A stretch of 64,000 nucleotides of DNA from Prochlorococcus sp. AG-463-P14 (GCA_003209275.1 QCRX01000002.1:7132-71131), one strand, 5' to 3'. Shown: positions 19,765-32,359, counted from the stretch's first letter. Numbers and translations: made by a program. The notes: generated by a model not told the origin, from the letters alone.

Positions 19765-21105
19765 TTATTGAATTGCTTTGAGTAAGGGCATTAATTTCCA
19801 GTTCAGTTCCTCTGTTTCAGTACTGGGGTTGGAATCCGCAACTATTCCACAACCAGCATGAACTCTTAAGTTCAATCCTTCAAGCATGAAGGAACGGATC
19901 AGTATGTTGCTGTCGAATTGACCATTCCAGTCGACATGCAATAAAGAACCACAATAAGGTCCTCGTGAAGTTGGCTCTAGCTCATGTAGACGTTGACAGG
20001 CTCTTGGTTTAGGCGCACCGCTAATAGATCCGCCAGGCCAACAGGCTTGAATGAGGTCAACCCATGTATGATTTTTTTGTAGAGATCCTTTGATAACTGA
20101 AGTTAGATGATGAACTTGAGGGTAGCTTTCTAGGCCAACAAGTTGAGGAACATAAATTGAGCCCGGTTGGCACACTTTCCCTAAGTCATTCCGTAAAAGA
20201 TCGACGATCATAATATTTTCAGCTCGGTCTTTGGGGCTACAGATCAAATCAGCGGCCATATCAGCATCTTTTTGTGTGTTCAATTGTCGGGGTCTTGTTC
20301 CTTTAATTGGCCGAGTTTCGACCTCCCCTGAAGGCCATACTTTTAGGAAACGTTCAGGTGAGGCAGAAATTATGGCTTCGCTGGATGCCGCTCCTGATGC
20401 AACAATGACTCCTGAAAATGGGGCTGGACAATGTTTTCGTAGCCGTTGGAAAATTGTAGTCGCACACTTATGTGATGGTAATAATGTTGTACAGCATGCT
20501 GTTAAATTTGCTTGAAAGATATCTCCACAGGCAATCAAATTTTGAATATGTCGGACATTACGGGTGAAATCATCGGTGTTGGTTAGCCATTGCCATGAAT
20601 CAAGAGGGATTCCTTCCTTTTCATTGGCCTCAATAATTTCTCTTGACAGCTTGTCTTGTTCCTCTCCAGGTTTGATTGAGTTCAGTAACTGTGCAAGTTG
20701 ATTAACTTTCTTTAGATTGCATCCTTCAATCCAAAGCTCTTCCTTTTGCAGATCAAAGCGCAAAATGGGATCGTGACGAGCAATCCATAAAGTCGCCATA
20801 TTATCTTTTTTCCATGAGTTATTTGGTTCAACCCAGGCACCTGCTTCGTAACTCAACCAGCCAGTCCAATGGCCTGGTTCAAGATTGCGTAATGCTTCGA
20901 AAGGGTTGGACCCTTGAGGATCGCTAGGGAGTCCTCTGCAGCAGATTTGTTGTATCGGATCGGTTGCCAAAATTGCCCAGCGACCTAAATCACTCCCATC
21001 TCCATCAAGCCAGATCAAACCATCTTCTCCAAAATGATTGATTAGTTGTTGGACAACGATTTCTGGTCTTTTCCACCTACAGAGTTGGCGATTTGGGATT
21101 ATCAC
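19765..21105 (-). CDS. pabB: Aminodeoxychorismate synthase component I (chorismate-binding enzyme)
   Basis: 446 aa chorismate-utilising core ([40 protein letters not shown]). Its GTG start overlaps the queC stop (GTGA). Confidence 0.85.
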   Translation of the reverse strand: MIIPNRQLCRWKRPEIVVQQLINHFGEDGLIWLDGDGSDLGRWAILATDPIQQICCRGLPSDPQGSNPFEALRNLEPGHWTGWLSYEAGAWVEPNNSWKKDNMATLWIARHDPILRFDLQKEELWIEGCNLKKVNQLAQLLNSIKPGEEQDKLSREIIEANEKEGIPLDSWQWLTNTDDFTRNVRHIQNLIACGDIFQANLTACCTTLLPSHKCATTIFQRLRKHCPAPFSGVIVASGAASSEAIISASPERFLKVWPSGEVETRPIKGTRPRQLNTQKDADMAADLICSPKDRAENIMIVDLLRNDLGKVCQPGSIYVPQLVGLESYPQVHHLTSVIKGSLQKNHTWVDLIQACWPGGSISGAPKPRACQRLHELEPTSRGPYCGSLLHVDWNGQFDSNILIRSFMLEGLNLRVHAGCGIVADSNPSTETEELNWKLMPLLKAIQ

Positions 21106-21782
21106 GATTGTTGTCTAGTACATAGATCTATACGGCCGGCTTTTTTAAGAGCTTTGTCGCGTATCCGACAGCTATCACAGATTCCGCACGCTTGTTCAGC
21201 TCCTCTATAGCAACTCCATGTTTTCTCAATTGGTACGCCGAGTCTCAAAGCCTCTTGTACGATTTGAAGTTTATTCCAATTAATAAGTGGTGCCCAGAGG
21301 TTGATTCTTTCTCCTTCTCGGCCAGCTTTACTAGAAAGATCAGCAAGTGTTTGATATGCAGCAAGATAATCGGGCCTACAGTCGGGATAACCCGAGTAAT
21401 CCATTGCATTGATTCCTAAAATTAATTGATTGGCTCCGCGGGCTTCTGCAAGGCTCAGGCCAATAGCAATAAATACTGTATTACGCCCTGGCACATATGT
21501 ATTGGGAATACTTCCCTCTATTACTCCTGTGCTTGGTATTGGTTGCTTCAGGTCGGTTAAGGAAGACCCGCCCCAGCTTCCAAGATTTACATGAATTATT
21601 AAGTGTTCTGTTAAGCCTAAGAAAGTTGCTAATTCAGTGGCAGCTTTTAATTCTCGTCGATGGCGTTGCCCATAATCGAACGAAAGACCTATTACTGTTT
21701 GTCCTGCTTCTTGTGCTTTAGCAGCTGCTGTGGCTGAATCAAGACCTCCAGAAAGTAGTGCAATAGATATACGATTAGACAT
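21102..21782 (-). CDS. queC: 7-cyano-7-deazaguanine synthase
   Basis: [14 protein letters not shown]-loop and a C-terminal Zn cluster [10 protein letters not shown]. Confidence 0.95.
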   Translation of the reverse strand: MSNRISIALLSGGLDSATAAAKAQEAGQTVIGLSFDYGQRHRRELKAATELATFLGLTEHLIIHVNLGSWGGSSLTDLKQPIPSTGVIEGSIPNTYVPGRNTVFIAIGLSLAEARGANQLILGINAMDYSGYPDCRPDYLAAYQTLADLSSKAGREGERINLWAPLINWNKLQIVQEALRLGVPIEKTWSCYRGAEQACGICDSCRIRDKALKKAGRIDLCTRQQS

Positions 21783-21902
21783 GTTCGAATTGAAGGTTAA
21801 CTACTGGAATTACTGATTAACTTCGTTCGATTTGCATTTGCCTTTTAAACATAGTTTTGAATCACTACGAAGTGTTTGATGACATATCTGATTGTTCATT
21901 TA

Positions 21903-22582
21903 TTAAAGTACTCCAAGCCATTTATGGGTTTGCATGCTTAATCGCCATTGAGGGTTTCGTTTGACATATTCAAGGGCTAGATCCTGAGCTTTTGTATGTC
22001 CCCAGCCTGGCTGAACAAAAAGCAACGGTTTCTCTAAGGGTTTTGTGGACTTGATTGCTGACCTAAATAAGTTTTCTTTTAAATGTATAGCTTGTTTTGC
22101 CATTTCTTCTGCAAAGATTAAATCATCTTTTTCATGAACTACTACTTTTAATTCATGACACCTTCCTAACACTTCGGTTCGCGGAGGTGCGTGCCGCTTA
22201 GGAGAGAGAGTGATCCAATTTGGTTGGCCCGTAATTTTATCAACGCCGCTAGTTTCAATATGGATTGGCATGACCTGACTGTTTTGTATGGAAGTAATTT
22301 TCCTGATGGCGTTACATAGTGGATTGAGATTGTGATGTAATGGTTCGCCACCAGTTAATACTACAAAGGCGGCTCCTTGGGACGCGGCCTTTAAAACTTG
22401 CAGGGAAAGCTTCTCTACAGTTTCTAGTGGATAAGAGGTTGGTGACCATGACTCTTTTGTGTCACACCATGGACAACCTACTTTGCAGCTTGCAAGTCTT
22501 ATAAAGAAAGCGCTTGTACCAACATGTGCTCCTTCTCCTTGTATAGAGTGGAAGTATTCCACTATTGGTAAACCTGACTCCA

Positions 22583-22583
<1 letters not shown>
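21903..22583 (-). CDS. queE: 7-carboxy-7-deazaguanine synthase (radical SAM)
   Basis: EYFHSIQGEG and the CKVGCPWCDT cluster motif. The start overlaps the pyrG stop by 1 nt (TAATG). Confidence 0.85.
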
Positions 22584-24253
<1,670 letters not shown>

Positions 24254-24391
24254 TTACTTTCATGTGACTCTTAACGGTAGCTCGCTATTTGCTTAGGCCA
24301 AGTAAAACTCAGATGATTTTCGTGTTTGGTGAGCTTTTAAACGTTGAAATATTTGGTTTAGCTTTTTGATGTTTACGGTAAATAGCAGAAT

Positions 24392-26212
24392 CTATTCGGG
24401 ATCTTCCCAAGTACTAGTCACATGTATTTCTTTTAGTTGTCTGTCAGAGACCTTCGCAGGGGCTTCCGTGAGTAGGCATCGGGCTTGTTGAGTTTTTGGG
24501 AATGCGATGGTTTCGCGAATTGATTCTTCTTCTGCGAGAAGCATGACGATTCGATCCATGCCAAATGCAAGGCCTCCATGAGGGGGTGCTCCCATTTCAA
24601 GTGCTTCTAGCAAGAACCCGAATTGTTCTTTTGCTTCTTCTTTAGGAAGACCAATTATTTCTAGGACTTTTGTTTGTAGTTCAGGGTCATGGATGCGAAG
24701 AGATCCACCTCCAAGTTCTAATCCATTTAGCACAAGGTCATAAGCCTGTGCTCGCGCTTTAGGAAGGTTGCTTGACCATAAATTCTTATCATTGCCTAAG
24801 TCTTTTGTGTTTGGGGCACAGAAGGGGTGATGGAGAGCTTCTAGGCGGTTTTCATTTGAATTGAACTCAAACATAGGAAAGTCAATAATCCAAAGAAAAT
24901 TCCATTGATTATTTGCCTCTCCTCTAGGTATTAAGTCAAGTTCATGAGCGAGTAATTGTCTTAATCGATCTAGAGTTTTGTTAACTATCATTGTTTCTCC
25001 AGCACCAAAAAGAATGAGGTCGCCAGACTCGGCATTCGTTTTAGTTAGCAATTCTTGTTTTTTTTCTTTGCTTAAGTTGTCTTTAATCGCTCCAATTGTA
25101 TCAATCTCTCCTTTTTCTCGGACTCTGATAAAAGCTAAACCTCCTGCTCCAGCCTTTTGTGCTTCAGTGAAAATATCTCCTCCTGGTTTGATTCGCACAT
25201 TGCTTATAGAATCGTTCCCTTTTTTTACATTAATGCATTTGACTGATCCTCCTCCAGCTATTGCATTAGAGAACACTTTGAAGCCCATATCCTTCATCAA
25301 TTCACTTACTTCAATAAGTTCCATTCCATAACGAGTATCTGGTCTATCTGTACCAAATCGATCCATAGCTTCCTGCCAAGTTAACTGTTGAAAAGGAACA
25401 GGTAGATCTACACCTTTTACTTTTTTCCAAATTTTGGATATTAGATTTTCGTTTAGGTCAAGAATTTGTTCTTGACTCATGAAGCTCATCTCAAGGTCAA
25501 GCTGTGTGAACTCAGGTTGTCTATCTGAACGTAGGTCTTCATCACGGAAGCATCGAGCAACTTGGTAATAACGTTCTAGGCCGCCAACCATTAGTAACTG
25601 CTTGAAGAGTTGTGGAGATTGAGGCAGAGCAAACCATTGCCCCCCACACACTCTTGAAGGAACTAGATAATCACGAGCCCCTTCTGGAGTTGACCGGGTC
25701 AGAACAGGTGTTTCGACTTCGATAAAGCCTTCTTCTTCTAAGAAATGACGTGCAACTTGGATTGTCTCGTGTCGTAATCGCAGATTCTTGGTCATTCTCT
25801 CTTTACGCAAATCTAGATACCGATAACGCAGTCTGAGTTCTTCTTTGACTGGTTCTTCGTCATGAACAGAAACTGTGAAGGGAAGTATTCCTCGAACTTG
25901 ATTAAGTATTTTCAGGTCATCAGCTAATACCTCAATCTCTCCGGTTTTGATTTTTTGATTGACTGCTTCAGGTGGCCTAGCTCTTACTTGACCTGCGATT
26001 TGAAGAACAGTTTCGTTTCGCAAGCTCTCTGCTATTGCAAACATTTCAGCACCTTGGTCTGGATCCACAGTGATTTGCACTGTTCCACTGCTGTCTCTTA
26101 GATCGACAAAGATCACACCACCGTGATCTCGACACCGGTCTACCCAGCCACACAGTTTTACGTTGAGGGCGATGTGCTTACTACGCAGGTCGCCGCACCC
26201 ATGGCTGCGCAT
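24392..26212 (-). CDS. aspS: Aspartate--tRNA ligase
   Basis: 606 aa, class IIb with an OB anticodon-binding domain and motifs 1-3 ([34 protein letters not shown]). Confidence 0.97.
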   Translation of the reverse strand: MRSHGCGDLRSKHIALNVKLCGWVDRCRDHGGVIFVDLRDSSGTVQITVDPDQGAEMFAIAESLRNETVLQIAGQVRARPPEAVNQKIKTGEIEVLADDLKILNQVRGILPFTVSVHDEEPVKEELRLRYRYLDLRKERMTKNLRLRHETIQVARHFLEEEGFIEVETPVLTRSTPEGARDYLVPSRVCGGQWFALPQSPQLFKQLLMVGGLERYYQVARCFRDEDLRSDRQPEFTQLDLEMSFMSQEQILDLNENLISKIWKKVKGVDLPVPFQQLTWQEAMDRFGTDRPDTRYGMELIEVSELMKDMGFKVFSNAIAGGGSVKCINVKKGNDSISNVRIKPGGDIFTEAQKAGAGGLAFIRVREKGEIDTIGAIKDNLSKEKKQELLTKTNAESGDLILFGAGETMIVNKTLDRLRQLLAHELDLIPRGEANNQWNFLWIIDFPMFEFNSNENRLEALHHPFCAPNTKDLGNDKNLWSSNLPKARAQAYDLVLNGLELGGGSLRIHDPELQTKVLEIIGLPKEEAKEQFGFLLEALEMGAPPHGGLAFGMDRIVMLLAEEESIRETIAFPKTQQARCLLTEAPAKVSDRQLKEIHVTSTWEDPE

Positions 26213-26278
26213 AGGGAAGATTCAAGAACCACAAGCGAGTTTCCCATAGGACCCTCTTTGGGCATCTTTTTCAGCTTT

Positions 26279-27403
26279 TCAATAATCCTTTTTTCTTCTA
26301 TAGAACGGGAGTTTGACGACTTCAGCGGAATGCCTTTTCCCTCTGACTTCGACTTCGAGAAGATTGCCGGGTTTACTTGCTTCAGTTGGTACGTATGCAA
26401 GAGCAATAGCTTCTTGTAATGTTGGAGACCAAGTTCCGCTTGTGATTTCTCCAATCTTTTTATCTTTATGTATTACTAAATGCCCTTGCCTAGCTATACC
26501 ACGACCTTGAATTTTTAATCCAATTAATCGATGTTTAATTCCTTCTTGAGCTTGTCTTTCAAGAACTTTCCTGCCTAAGAACTGAGCAGGCATTTCAAGG
26601 TGAACTAACCATCCAAGCCCTGCTTCCAATGGAGTTGTGGAGGAGTTAATTTCATTCCCATAAAGATGCATAGCTGCTTCTAATCGTAAAGTATCTCGGG
26701 CACCTAATCCACATGGAGTAACACCGATTTCCGTAAGCTTGGACCACAACAGATTCCCCCCCTTAGACGAAATAAGTAGTTCGAAACCATCTTCACCTGT
26801 ATATCCAGTTCTAGATATAAATATTGGACTATTTACATCTAATCCAATGGAAGTTAATTCGATTTCACAATGTCCAAATCTTGGAATTTTTGATAAAGAT
26901 TGACCAGAAACCTTTTCTAAGACTTCTTGAGCCTTTGGCCCTTGTAAAGCTATTAGGCACTTATCGTCTTTTGCATCTGTTATAGAAATATTCGAGGATT
27001 CAAGGTGTTTCCTTATCCAAGTCAAATCAGAGTCTGTGCAGGCAGCATTTACTACTAACAAAAGTTGGGCAGGGTTTCCATTTCTCGCTCCCAAGTCGTA
27101 AATGATGAGATCATCGATGATTCCACCGTTTTCATTTAGAAGCACTGTGTAACAAGCCTCTCCAGGTCCTATTCGATGTAGATCAGAGGGGACGAGGCTT
27201 TGGAGTATGTCTTTAGGGTTATTCCCTTCTAATAAAAAGACTCCCATGTGGGAAATGTCAAAAATCCCAGCGAATTGTCGAACCGCTTGATGCTCGTTGA
27301 TTAATCCAGCAAATTGCACTGGCATTTCCCATCCTGCGAAGGGCACCATTCGTCCACCAGCTTGTAGGCATTGATTGTTAAGAGGTGTTTGTTTCAGGAT
27401 CAT
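26279..27403 (-). CDS. gcvT: Glycine cleavage system aminomethyltransferase (T protein)
   Basis: 374 aa with typical GcvT motifs (FAGWEMPVQF, FDISHMG, GYTGEDGFEL). Confidence 0.95.
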   Translation of the reverse strand: MILKQTPLNNQCLQAGGRMVPFAGWEMPVQFAGLINEHQAVRQFAGIFDISHMGVFLLEGNNPKDILQSLVPSDLHRIGPGEACYTVLLNENGGIIDDLIIYDLGARNGNPAQLLLVVNAACTDSDLTWIRKHLESSNISITDAKDDKCLIALQGPKAQEVLEKVSGQSLSKIPRFGHCEIELTSIGLDVNSPIFISRTGYTGEDGFELLISSKGGNLLWSKLTEIGVTPCGLGARDTLRLEAAMHLYGNEINSSTTPLEAGLGWLVHLEMPAQFLGRKVLERQAQEGIKHRLIGLKIQGRGIARQGHLVIHKDKKIGEITSGTWSPTLQEAIALAYVPTEASKPGNLLEVEVRGKRHSAEVVKLPFYRRKKDY

Positions 27404-27524
27404 TGGTTTGTAAAGAGGGGCTTGGATGGCGATCTTGCTGTCTCAAAAATGGAAGGAAAGCCGTAGATTCTTCAAAATGATGGTTCGATGGGCCAACTGT
27501 CACTAACGTGGGCTTCTTCGGGGA

Positions 27525-27764
27525 TTGAGTGTGCCCACGAAAGAATGTTGCAGAACTTGTAAGCATTGCTGCCCTGGGCAGACAGCTAGTGATGGATGGT
27601 GCCGTTTAAGGAAGATCACAGTCCATTCTGAGATAGCTGTATTTGCTTTGTGTCATCATTGGACCAAGAGACCTCCATCTTTACCTAGTTTGAATGAGAA
27701 GAGTGTGGAGGCTGTAATGGATAAGCAACTCGAATTTGGCAGAGCTTTAGTGGGATCTGAATAA
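27525..27764 (+). CDS. Small cysteine/histidine-rich conserved hypothetical protein (start TTG 27525 or GTG 27531)
   Basis: 79-aa ORF containing ECCRTCKHCCPGQ..GWCRLR..VH..CHHW. GGGGA lies 6 nt upstream of GTG 27531. Divergent from gcvT. Confidence 0.6.
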   Translation: MSVPTKECCRTCKHCCPGQTASDGWCRLRKITVHSEIAVFALCHHWTKRPPSLPSLNEKSVEAVMDKQLEFGRALVGSE

Positions 27765-27843
27765 TCATTTAGGATCTTTAAAAAATTTCTGAAGAAAAGT
27801 GTTAATTATATTCTTATAAGAAGTATGGGTTTTGAAAATAATT

Positions 27844-28734
27844 TCAACTTAGGAGCATCAGTAAGCTCCTTGTTACTTTTGCTGCCAGGACACTACTTAT
27901 TCCAGTTGGGTCTAGTTGTGGGGCCAATTCAACTATATCTGCACCAATCAGATTGTGATGCTTGAGTACATCAACAATTGCTGCAAAATCTTTCCATGTA
28001 AAGCCTCCTGGTTCTGGTGTGCCAGTACCAGGAACGATACTAGGATCAAACCAATCCAGATCAATTGTGATATACATTGGCTTCCCTAAGTATTCCTTTA
28101 GTACATTCATGAACTCACATGCTGGTTTGCCAGATGTATGAGGAATGTATCTATTAGCTGCATAAATTTCTTTGAATTCTTCACGAGTGCCACTACGTAT
28201 TGAAACTTGAAAAAGGCTTTTACTTGGTAATTCGTCTAAACATCGACGCATTGCACATGCATGACTATATTTGGATCCAAGCCATTCATTCCTTAAGTCT
28301 GCATGCGCATCTAATTGTATTAAAATAAGATCTGGATGCTTTCTTGATAAAGCAGATATTGCTCCTGAAGTTATTGAATGTTCTCCTCCAAGCATTAGTG
28401 GCTTCAGATTTAAATCTATTAATTCAAGTGTGCATTTCTTCACTGTTTTAACTACTGCTTCTGGTGCTCCATATGGAATTTTTGCAGAACCTAAATCAAC
28501 AAATTGTATTTCTTCAAGATCTCGTTTTAATTGAGGACAATAAGTTTCTATTGCATTACTAACTTCTCTGATTGCAGAGGGTCCAAACCTGGCTCCAGGT
28601 CGGAATGATGTGGTCCCATCAAATGGAACTCCAAATATACCTACGGTGCAATTTTTAGGGTTTCTTTTCCCTCCCATAAAAATCGCACCTTCGGTGTCAA
28701 AATATTCATTAATTAAATTGTTATCTCTGGTCAT
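27844..28734 (-). CDS. speB: Agmatinase (ureohydrolase family)
   Basis: Mn-binding motifs [24 protein letters not shown]. The ATG overlaps the speE stop (ATGA). Confidence 0.9.
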   Translation of the reverse strand: MTRDNNLINEYFDTEGAIFMGGKRNPKNCTVGIFGVPFDGTTSFRPGARFGPSAIREVSNAIETYCPQLKRDLEEIQFVDLGSAKIPYGAPEAVVKTVKKCTLELIDLNLKPLMLGGEHSITSGAISALSRKHPDLILIQLDAHADLRNEWLGSKYSHACAMRRCLDELPSKSLFQVSIRSGTREEFKEIYAANRYIPHTSGKPACEFMNVLKEYLGKPMYITIDLDWFDPSIVPGTGTPEPGGFTWKDFAAIVDVLKHHNLIGADIVELAPQLDPTGISSVLAAKVTRSLLMLLS

Positions 28735-29594
28735 TTAAGGAGTTCTCTTTCTATATAGGCAGGAATGGCGTCAAATGCACCTTTTTGCCATCTTTCACTC
28801 CAAACTTCGCATTTACTTTCTACGGCGGCTACTCTGTAAGAAATAGGGTTGCGATAGCTAGGTTTGTTTTGGGATGCAAATGTCCAACTCCACCATCCAC
28901 TGGGATACATAGGGACAGATCCATACAGAGGATCTGCATAACGGAAAATTTGTCTGATTTGTTGGACAATTTCAATATGAATCTTACGAAATGCTTCTGG
29001 GGATTCGCTTTGCATAGCAAAAACACCACCTGGACAAAGAATGCGCTTGCAATTTTTGAGAAAGGTTTTATTGAAAAGACCTTTTGCGGGTCCAGCTGGG
29101 TCTGAACCATCAACGATCACAACGTCGTAGAAATTGTTAGGTGAGTTGGCGGCCCAAGTAATACCATCTGTAATTTTTAGATTTAAACGAGGATCCTGCC
29201 AAGATTTTCCTCCAAGGCTAGGCAGATACTGTTGGCTTAATTGCACTACTCGGGCATCTATTTCAATCATATCTAGTTGTTTTATTTCTTTGTGCTTTAA
29301 ACATTCTCTTGCGGTACCTCCATCTCCACCGCCAATTACCAACACTTTTTGAATTTTTTCTGCACTGCATAGTGCTGGATGTACTAAACATTCGTGATAT
29401 TGCTTTTCCTGTCGTTCTGCAGTCATCCAACAGCCGTCTAATAACAAGCCTTTGCCATAACGACTGCTTTCGATCACAGTTATTCGTTGATAGATGCTTT
29501 TTTCATCAATTAAAACTTTGCCTTCGAGACCATAACGAACTCCATTGTGATATTCGTCGATCCACTTCCTTTCACTGGTTGGCGAGTGCTCCAT
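28731..29594 (-). CDS. speE: Spermidine synthase
   Basis: [24 protein letters not shown]. 287 aa. Confidence 0.92.
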   Translation of the reverse strand: MEHSPTSERKWIDEYHNGVRYGLEGKVLIDEKSIYQRITVIESSRYGKGLLLDGCWMTAERQEKQYHECLVHPALCSAEKIQKVLVIGGGDGGTARECLKHKEIKQLDMIEIDARVVQLSQQYLPSLGGKSWQDPRLNLKITDGITWAANSPNNFYDVVIVDGSDPAGPAKGLFNKTFLKNCKRILCPGGVFAMQSESPEAFRKIHIEIVQQIRQIFRYADPLYGSVPMYPSGWWSWTFASQNKPSYRNPISYRVAAVESKCEVWSERWQKGAFDAIPAYIERELLK

Positions 29595-29728
29595 CGCAAT
29601 GCTTTGATTGACCTTTTATAGCTAAGTCCATTTTTTTCGGCCTTGAGATTATTCTTAATTTATTCAGCTTATTAAAAGCTTTGCAACTCTGATTAGAAAT
29701 GATAGTTAGTTTAGTTTTCTATTGATAG

Positions 29729-29908
29729 TTACCAAAAGCTATTGGCAAAGCTTGATTGCCGTTTGTTTTTGAATGCTTGCAGATTGATAGGTCCTTCTGC
29801 ATAGCAGGCAGTTGTTAAGCATGGTCCTGCTGACCAGAGCTGACCTTTGTTGTATGCCTCAACGATTGAAAGATATCTATCTTCATTGAGTTTGGATTGA
29901 TTTGTCAT
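29729..29908 (-). CDS. Small hypothetical protein, 59 aa (below the ORF-track cutoff)
   Basis: My own translation: MTNQSKLNEDRYLSIVEAYNKGQLWSAGPCLTTACYAEGPINLQAFKNKRQSSFANSFW. A purine-rich SD-like AAGGGAAGG lies at -11..-3. It is the only ORF in a 477-bp gap, and its codon composition resembles its neighbours. Confidence 0.55.
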   Translation of the reverse strand: MTNQSKLNEDRYLSIVEAYNKGQLWSAGPCLTTACYAEGPINLQAFKNKRQSSFANSFW

Positions 29909-29988
29909 TGCCTTCCCTTTTCACTGCAGGTAAACGCATTTATTTGGTTTGTGCGATCAGAGGGAATACTTAATGCACCGAGCATGTG

Positions 29989-30002
29989 GCTCATTAATGA
30001 GC
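29989..30002. repeat. Perfect 14-bp palindrome GCTCATTAATGAGC in intergenic DNA
   Basis: Read directly from the sequence. It lies 81 nt upstream of the ATG of the 59-aa ORF and 70 nt downstream of the mazG stop. Confidence 0.9.
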
Positions 30003-30071
30003 AACTAATTGTCTGTGTGAAATTACTTTGATTATTTTTGGTCATTGGAATTGACAGGTCCTTTACAAGTC

Positions 30072-30926
30072 TTAATTCTGGGCGTTATGACGTTTTGGCT
30101 TGGATGCCTTTTGCTTGCTCAATTTTTCTTTTGCTTCTTGCCAAAGCCGCCTAAAATTTTGCAGTGAAGTCCTTGAAAAATCGCCATTTAGAGATGATTC
30201 TATGTATGAGAAACGTTCAAGGAATTTTTTATTTGTTCTTGCTAAGGATTCTTCAGGATCTAGATTGCAGCAATTAGCGATATTTATAAGTGTGAAGATA
30301 ACGTCACCAAGCTCTTCTTCTGCATTTGCAAAGTCTTTGTTTTTGATGGCAAGTTTTAATTCGTTCATTTCTTCATTTACCTTGTCCCAGATATTATCTA
30401 TTGATTCCCATTTTAAACCAGCTTGCTCTACTTTACGCGAGATAGTTATAGCTCCATATAGTGCAGGTTGAGAACGAATCTTTCTCTCTAGCTTATGGGT
30501 GAGAGGACTTTTGTTTTTGCATGATGGCTTTTCTGATTGTTTGATAAGCTCCCATTGTTTCGATAGTTCATCATGAGATATAGATCTTTGTTTTTCAAAA
30601 ACGTGTGGGTGACGACGAATTAATTTACTATGTATATCTGAGATTACATCAGTGAAGGAGAAGCTATTTTTTTCGTTAGCTATTTGCGAATGAAGGATCA
30701 CTTGAAATAATAAATCTCCAAGTTCTTCCTTGAGATTCTCATCGTTTCCATGCCTTATTGAATCTACAACTTCGTATGCTTCTTCGAGAATATATGGAAT
30801 AAGAGTTAGATTTGTTTGCTTGAGATCCCATGGACACCCAGTACTTGGGTCGCGAAGCTCGGAAACAACTTTAATAAGCTCAATAAGTGTAGTTTCGGAA
30901 GCATTTAGGTTTTCTTTATTCATCAC
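30072..30926 (-). CDS. mazG: Nucleoside triphosphate pyrophosphohydrolase MazG
   Basis: Two MazG domains with EExxE motifs (ILEEAYEVVD, EELGDLLFQ; EELGDVIFT). Confidence 0.9.
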   Translation of the reverse strand: MMNKENLNASETTLIELIKVVSELRDPSTGCPWDLKQTNLTLIPYILEEAYEVVDSIRHGNDENLKEELGDLLFQVILHSQIANEKNSFSFTDVISDIHSKLIRRHPHVFEKQRSISHDELSKQWELIKQSEKPSCKNKSPLTHKLERKIRSQPALYGAITISRKVEQAGLKWESIDNIWDKVNEEMNELKLAIKNKDFANAEEELGDVIFTLINIANCCNLDPEESLARTNKKFLERFSYIESSLNGDFSRTSLQNFRRLWQEAKEKLSKQKASKPKRHNAQN

Positions 30927-30952
30927 TTTAAGAAAGAGTGTTTACTAACTGG

Positions 30953-31444
30953 TCACTTATGTTTCCAGTTTTTCAACTCTAATGGCACTGGGTCGCCATC
31001 TTTCATAATGTGAAGCCACGCACTACCTTCTAAACTAATAAGGATGATCAAAATATATTTCGGATATTGCTTGAGAAGATTCGATAATATTGTAATTGTT
31101 GTTATTTCTATATTGAACCCTAAGAATTTAATTGCGAGAAGTATTAATTCAATTAATAAAAATAAATAGGCTAATCTCAGTCCAGTGCCAATAATCGGTC
31201 CATGGGAAAACAGAGATCGATGGCGAATAAGTTTGCGATACGGCCACCACAGCCATTTGAGAATTCCCCAGCGTTGCAGTGGCTTTGACTGAGTGTCTAA
31301 ATCTGGGGAAAGCCAGAGCCCACCAAGGAGAAATGCAAGGCCTCCAGTTATGCCAATTTTAGGTCCTAAGAAAATGGTGGTTATTAGGCCAAATATCAAG
31401 CTCCATAGTCTTGTTGCTTTCTCATGATCTAGGCCTGAAGCCAT
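30953..31444 (-). CDS. Integral membrane protein, DUF2227-like putative metal-binding family
   Basis: 163 aa with 4 hydrophobic helices and the motifs SGLDHEKATRL ... LSPDLD ... RHRSLFSHGPIIGT, as I recall them for that family. Confidence 0.55.
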   Translation of the reverse strand: MASGLDHEKATRLWSLIFGLITTIFLGPKIGITGGLAFLLGGLWLSPDLDTQSKPLQRWGILKWLWWPYRKLIRHRSLFSHGPIIGTGLRLAYLFLLIELILLAIKFLGFNIEITTITILSNLLKQYPKYILIILISLEGSAWLHIMKDGDPVPLELKNWKHK

Positions 31445-31498
31445 AGGTGTTTAAAGTGTGTGTGCCTAGCCTGACTCGATGGGGCAGAATTGTCTCAA

Positions 31499-31570
<72 letters not shown>

Positions 31571-32101
31571 CTTGCCTTTCTGCTCATTGTTTTTTTATCT
31601 AAAAGGTTAAGAGCTGCAGTATTACCTAAACGGTTGTGGCCTGCTTCCTGCCTCAAGTTGGCTTTGTTGGTAAAACATGAATCATGTGCCTTCAGGTCAT
31701 TGAGGGTAGCTCTGGTCGAGGTTGGTTTTGTTCAGGCTTCAGCAAGGAAAATATGTTTAATCATCCTAAATGAACTGCGTATTACTGTGTTTTACTCCAA
31801 AGCTTAATTACTGTGGGAACTTGTGATTTTGGCTGTCTGATTAGTCTCTCTAGTGAAGTAGAAGATTATTCGGATAGTAACCTTTCAGGCCTTTAATAAG
31901 AAACTAAATAGGATTGTTTTGCATGTAAGTTCTACGTAGAAAATAAATAAGTTTCTTTATCTAAAAGACCATGAAGTAAATCATGCACTTGTTATTTAAG
32001 AGCTTAGATAAGAATGGTTATTATGATGAATATAAATATTAGATGCGAACCTATTAACCTGAGTTGCTACATATTTAGAGCAATTTATGTCAGTTGCATC
32101 A

Positions 32102-32359
32102 TTATTCTTCTGGGAAGAGTAATAAGGCCAATTCATCGGCATCCACGTCGTAAACCCTGGCCAAGCTTGTTTCGATAGCACTTGTCACTTCGCCAGGTAG
32201 AAACCTCATTGCATTTAAAGCATCTTCAGCAATGTCATCTGTGAGGAGTTTTTCTTGGCTGTCAAGCTTTTCATCGTTGATGATTGCCATCACCCAACTT
32301 TGATAGGCATATACCAGATCTGAAAACTCGAGCTCAGGGTCGTTTAAATCCATAATCAT
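32102..32359 (-). CDS. Small acidic conserved hypothetical protein (85 aa)
   Basis: Clean ORF with ATG start and protein-like composition. Divergent partner of the 149-aa ORF, with a 49-bp spacer. Confidence 0.6.
   Translation of the reverse strand: MIMDLNDPELEFSDLVYAYQSWVMAIINDEKLDSQEKLLTDDIAEDALNAMRFLPGEVTSAIETSLARVYDVDADELALLLFPEE

Noticed and set aside
21783-21902. Possible preQ1 riboswitch upstream of queC
   Set aside because: There is no preQ1-I/II-like hairpin with an A-rich tail, and the region is AT-rich without a convincing stem.
25228-25235. Idea that CATTAATG is a specific regulatory core shared by the palindromes at 29989 and 58673
   Set aside because: The same 8-mer occurs inside aspS coding sequence. 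About one occurrence per 64 kb is expected by chance, and more in AT-rich DNA. Enrichment cannot be claimed from this window.
27404-27524. Possible glycine riboswitch in the gcvT 5' region (also checked 49612-49691 upstream of gcvP and the gap upstream of gcvH)
   Set aside because: I see neither the conserved GGAGAG ... ACCGAAGGGGCAA-type cores nor a tandem aptamer arrangement. Only a fortuitous CCCCGAAGAAGCCC is present.
31641-31648. GGAAGCAG on the minus strand, reminiscent of the SRP (4.5S) RNA helix 8
   Set aside because: The flanks cannot form the GNRA-capped helix with the symmetric loop (no GGUCC-GGAA-GGA closing pairs). It is a chance 8-mer.
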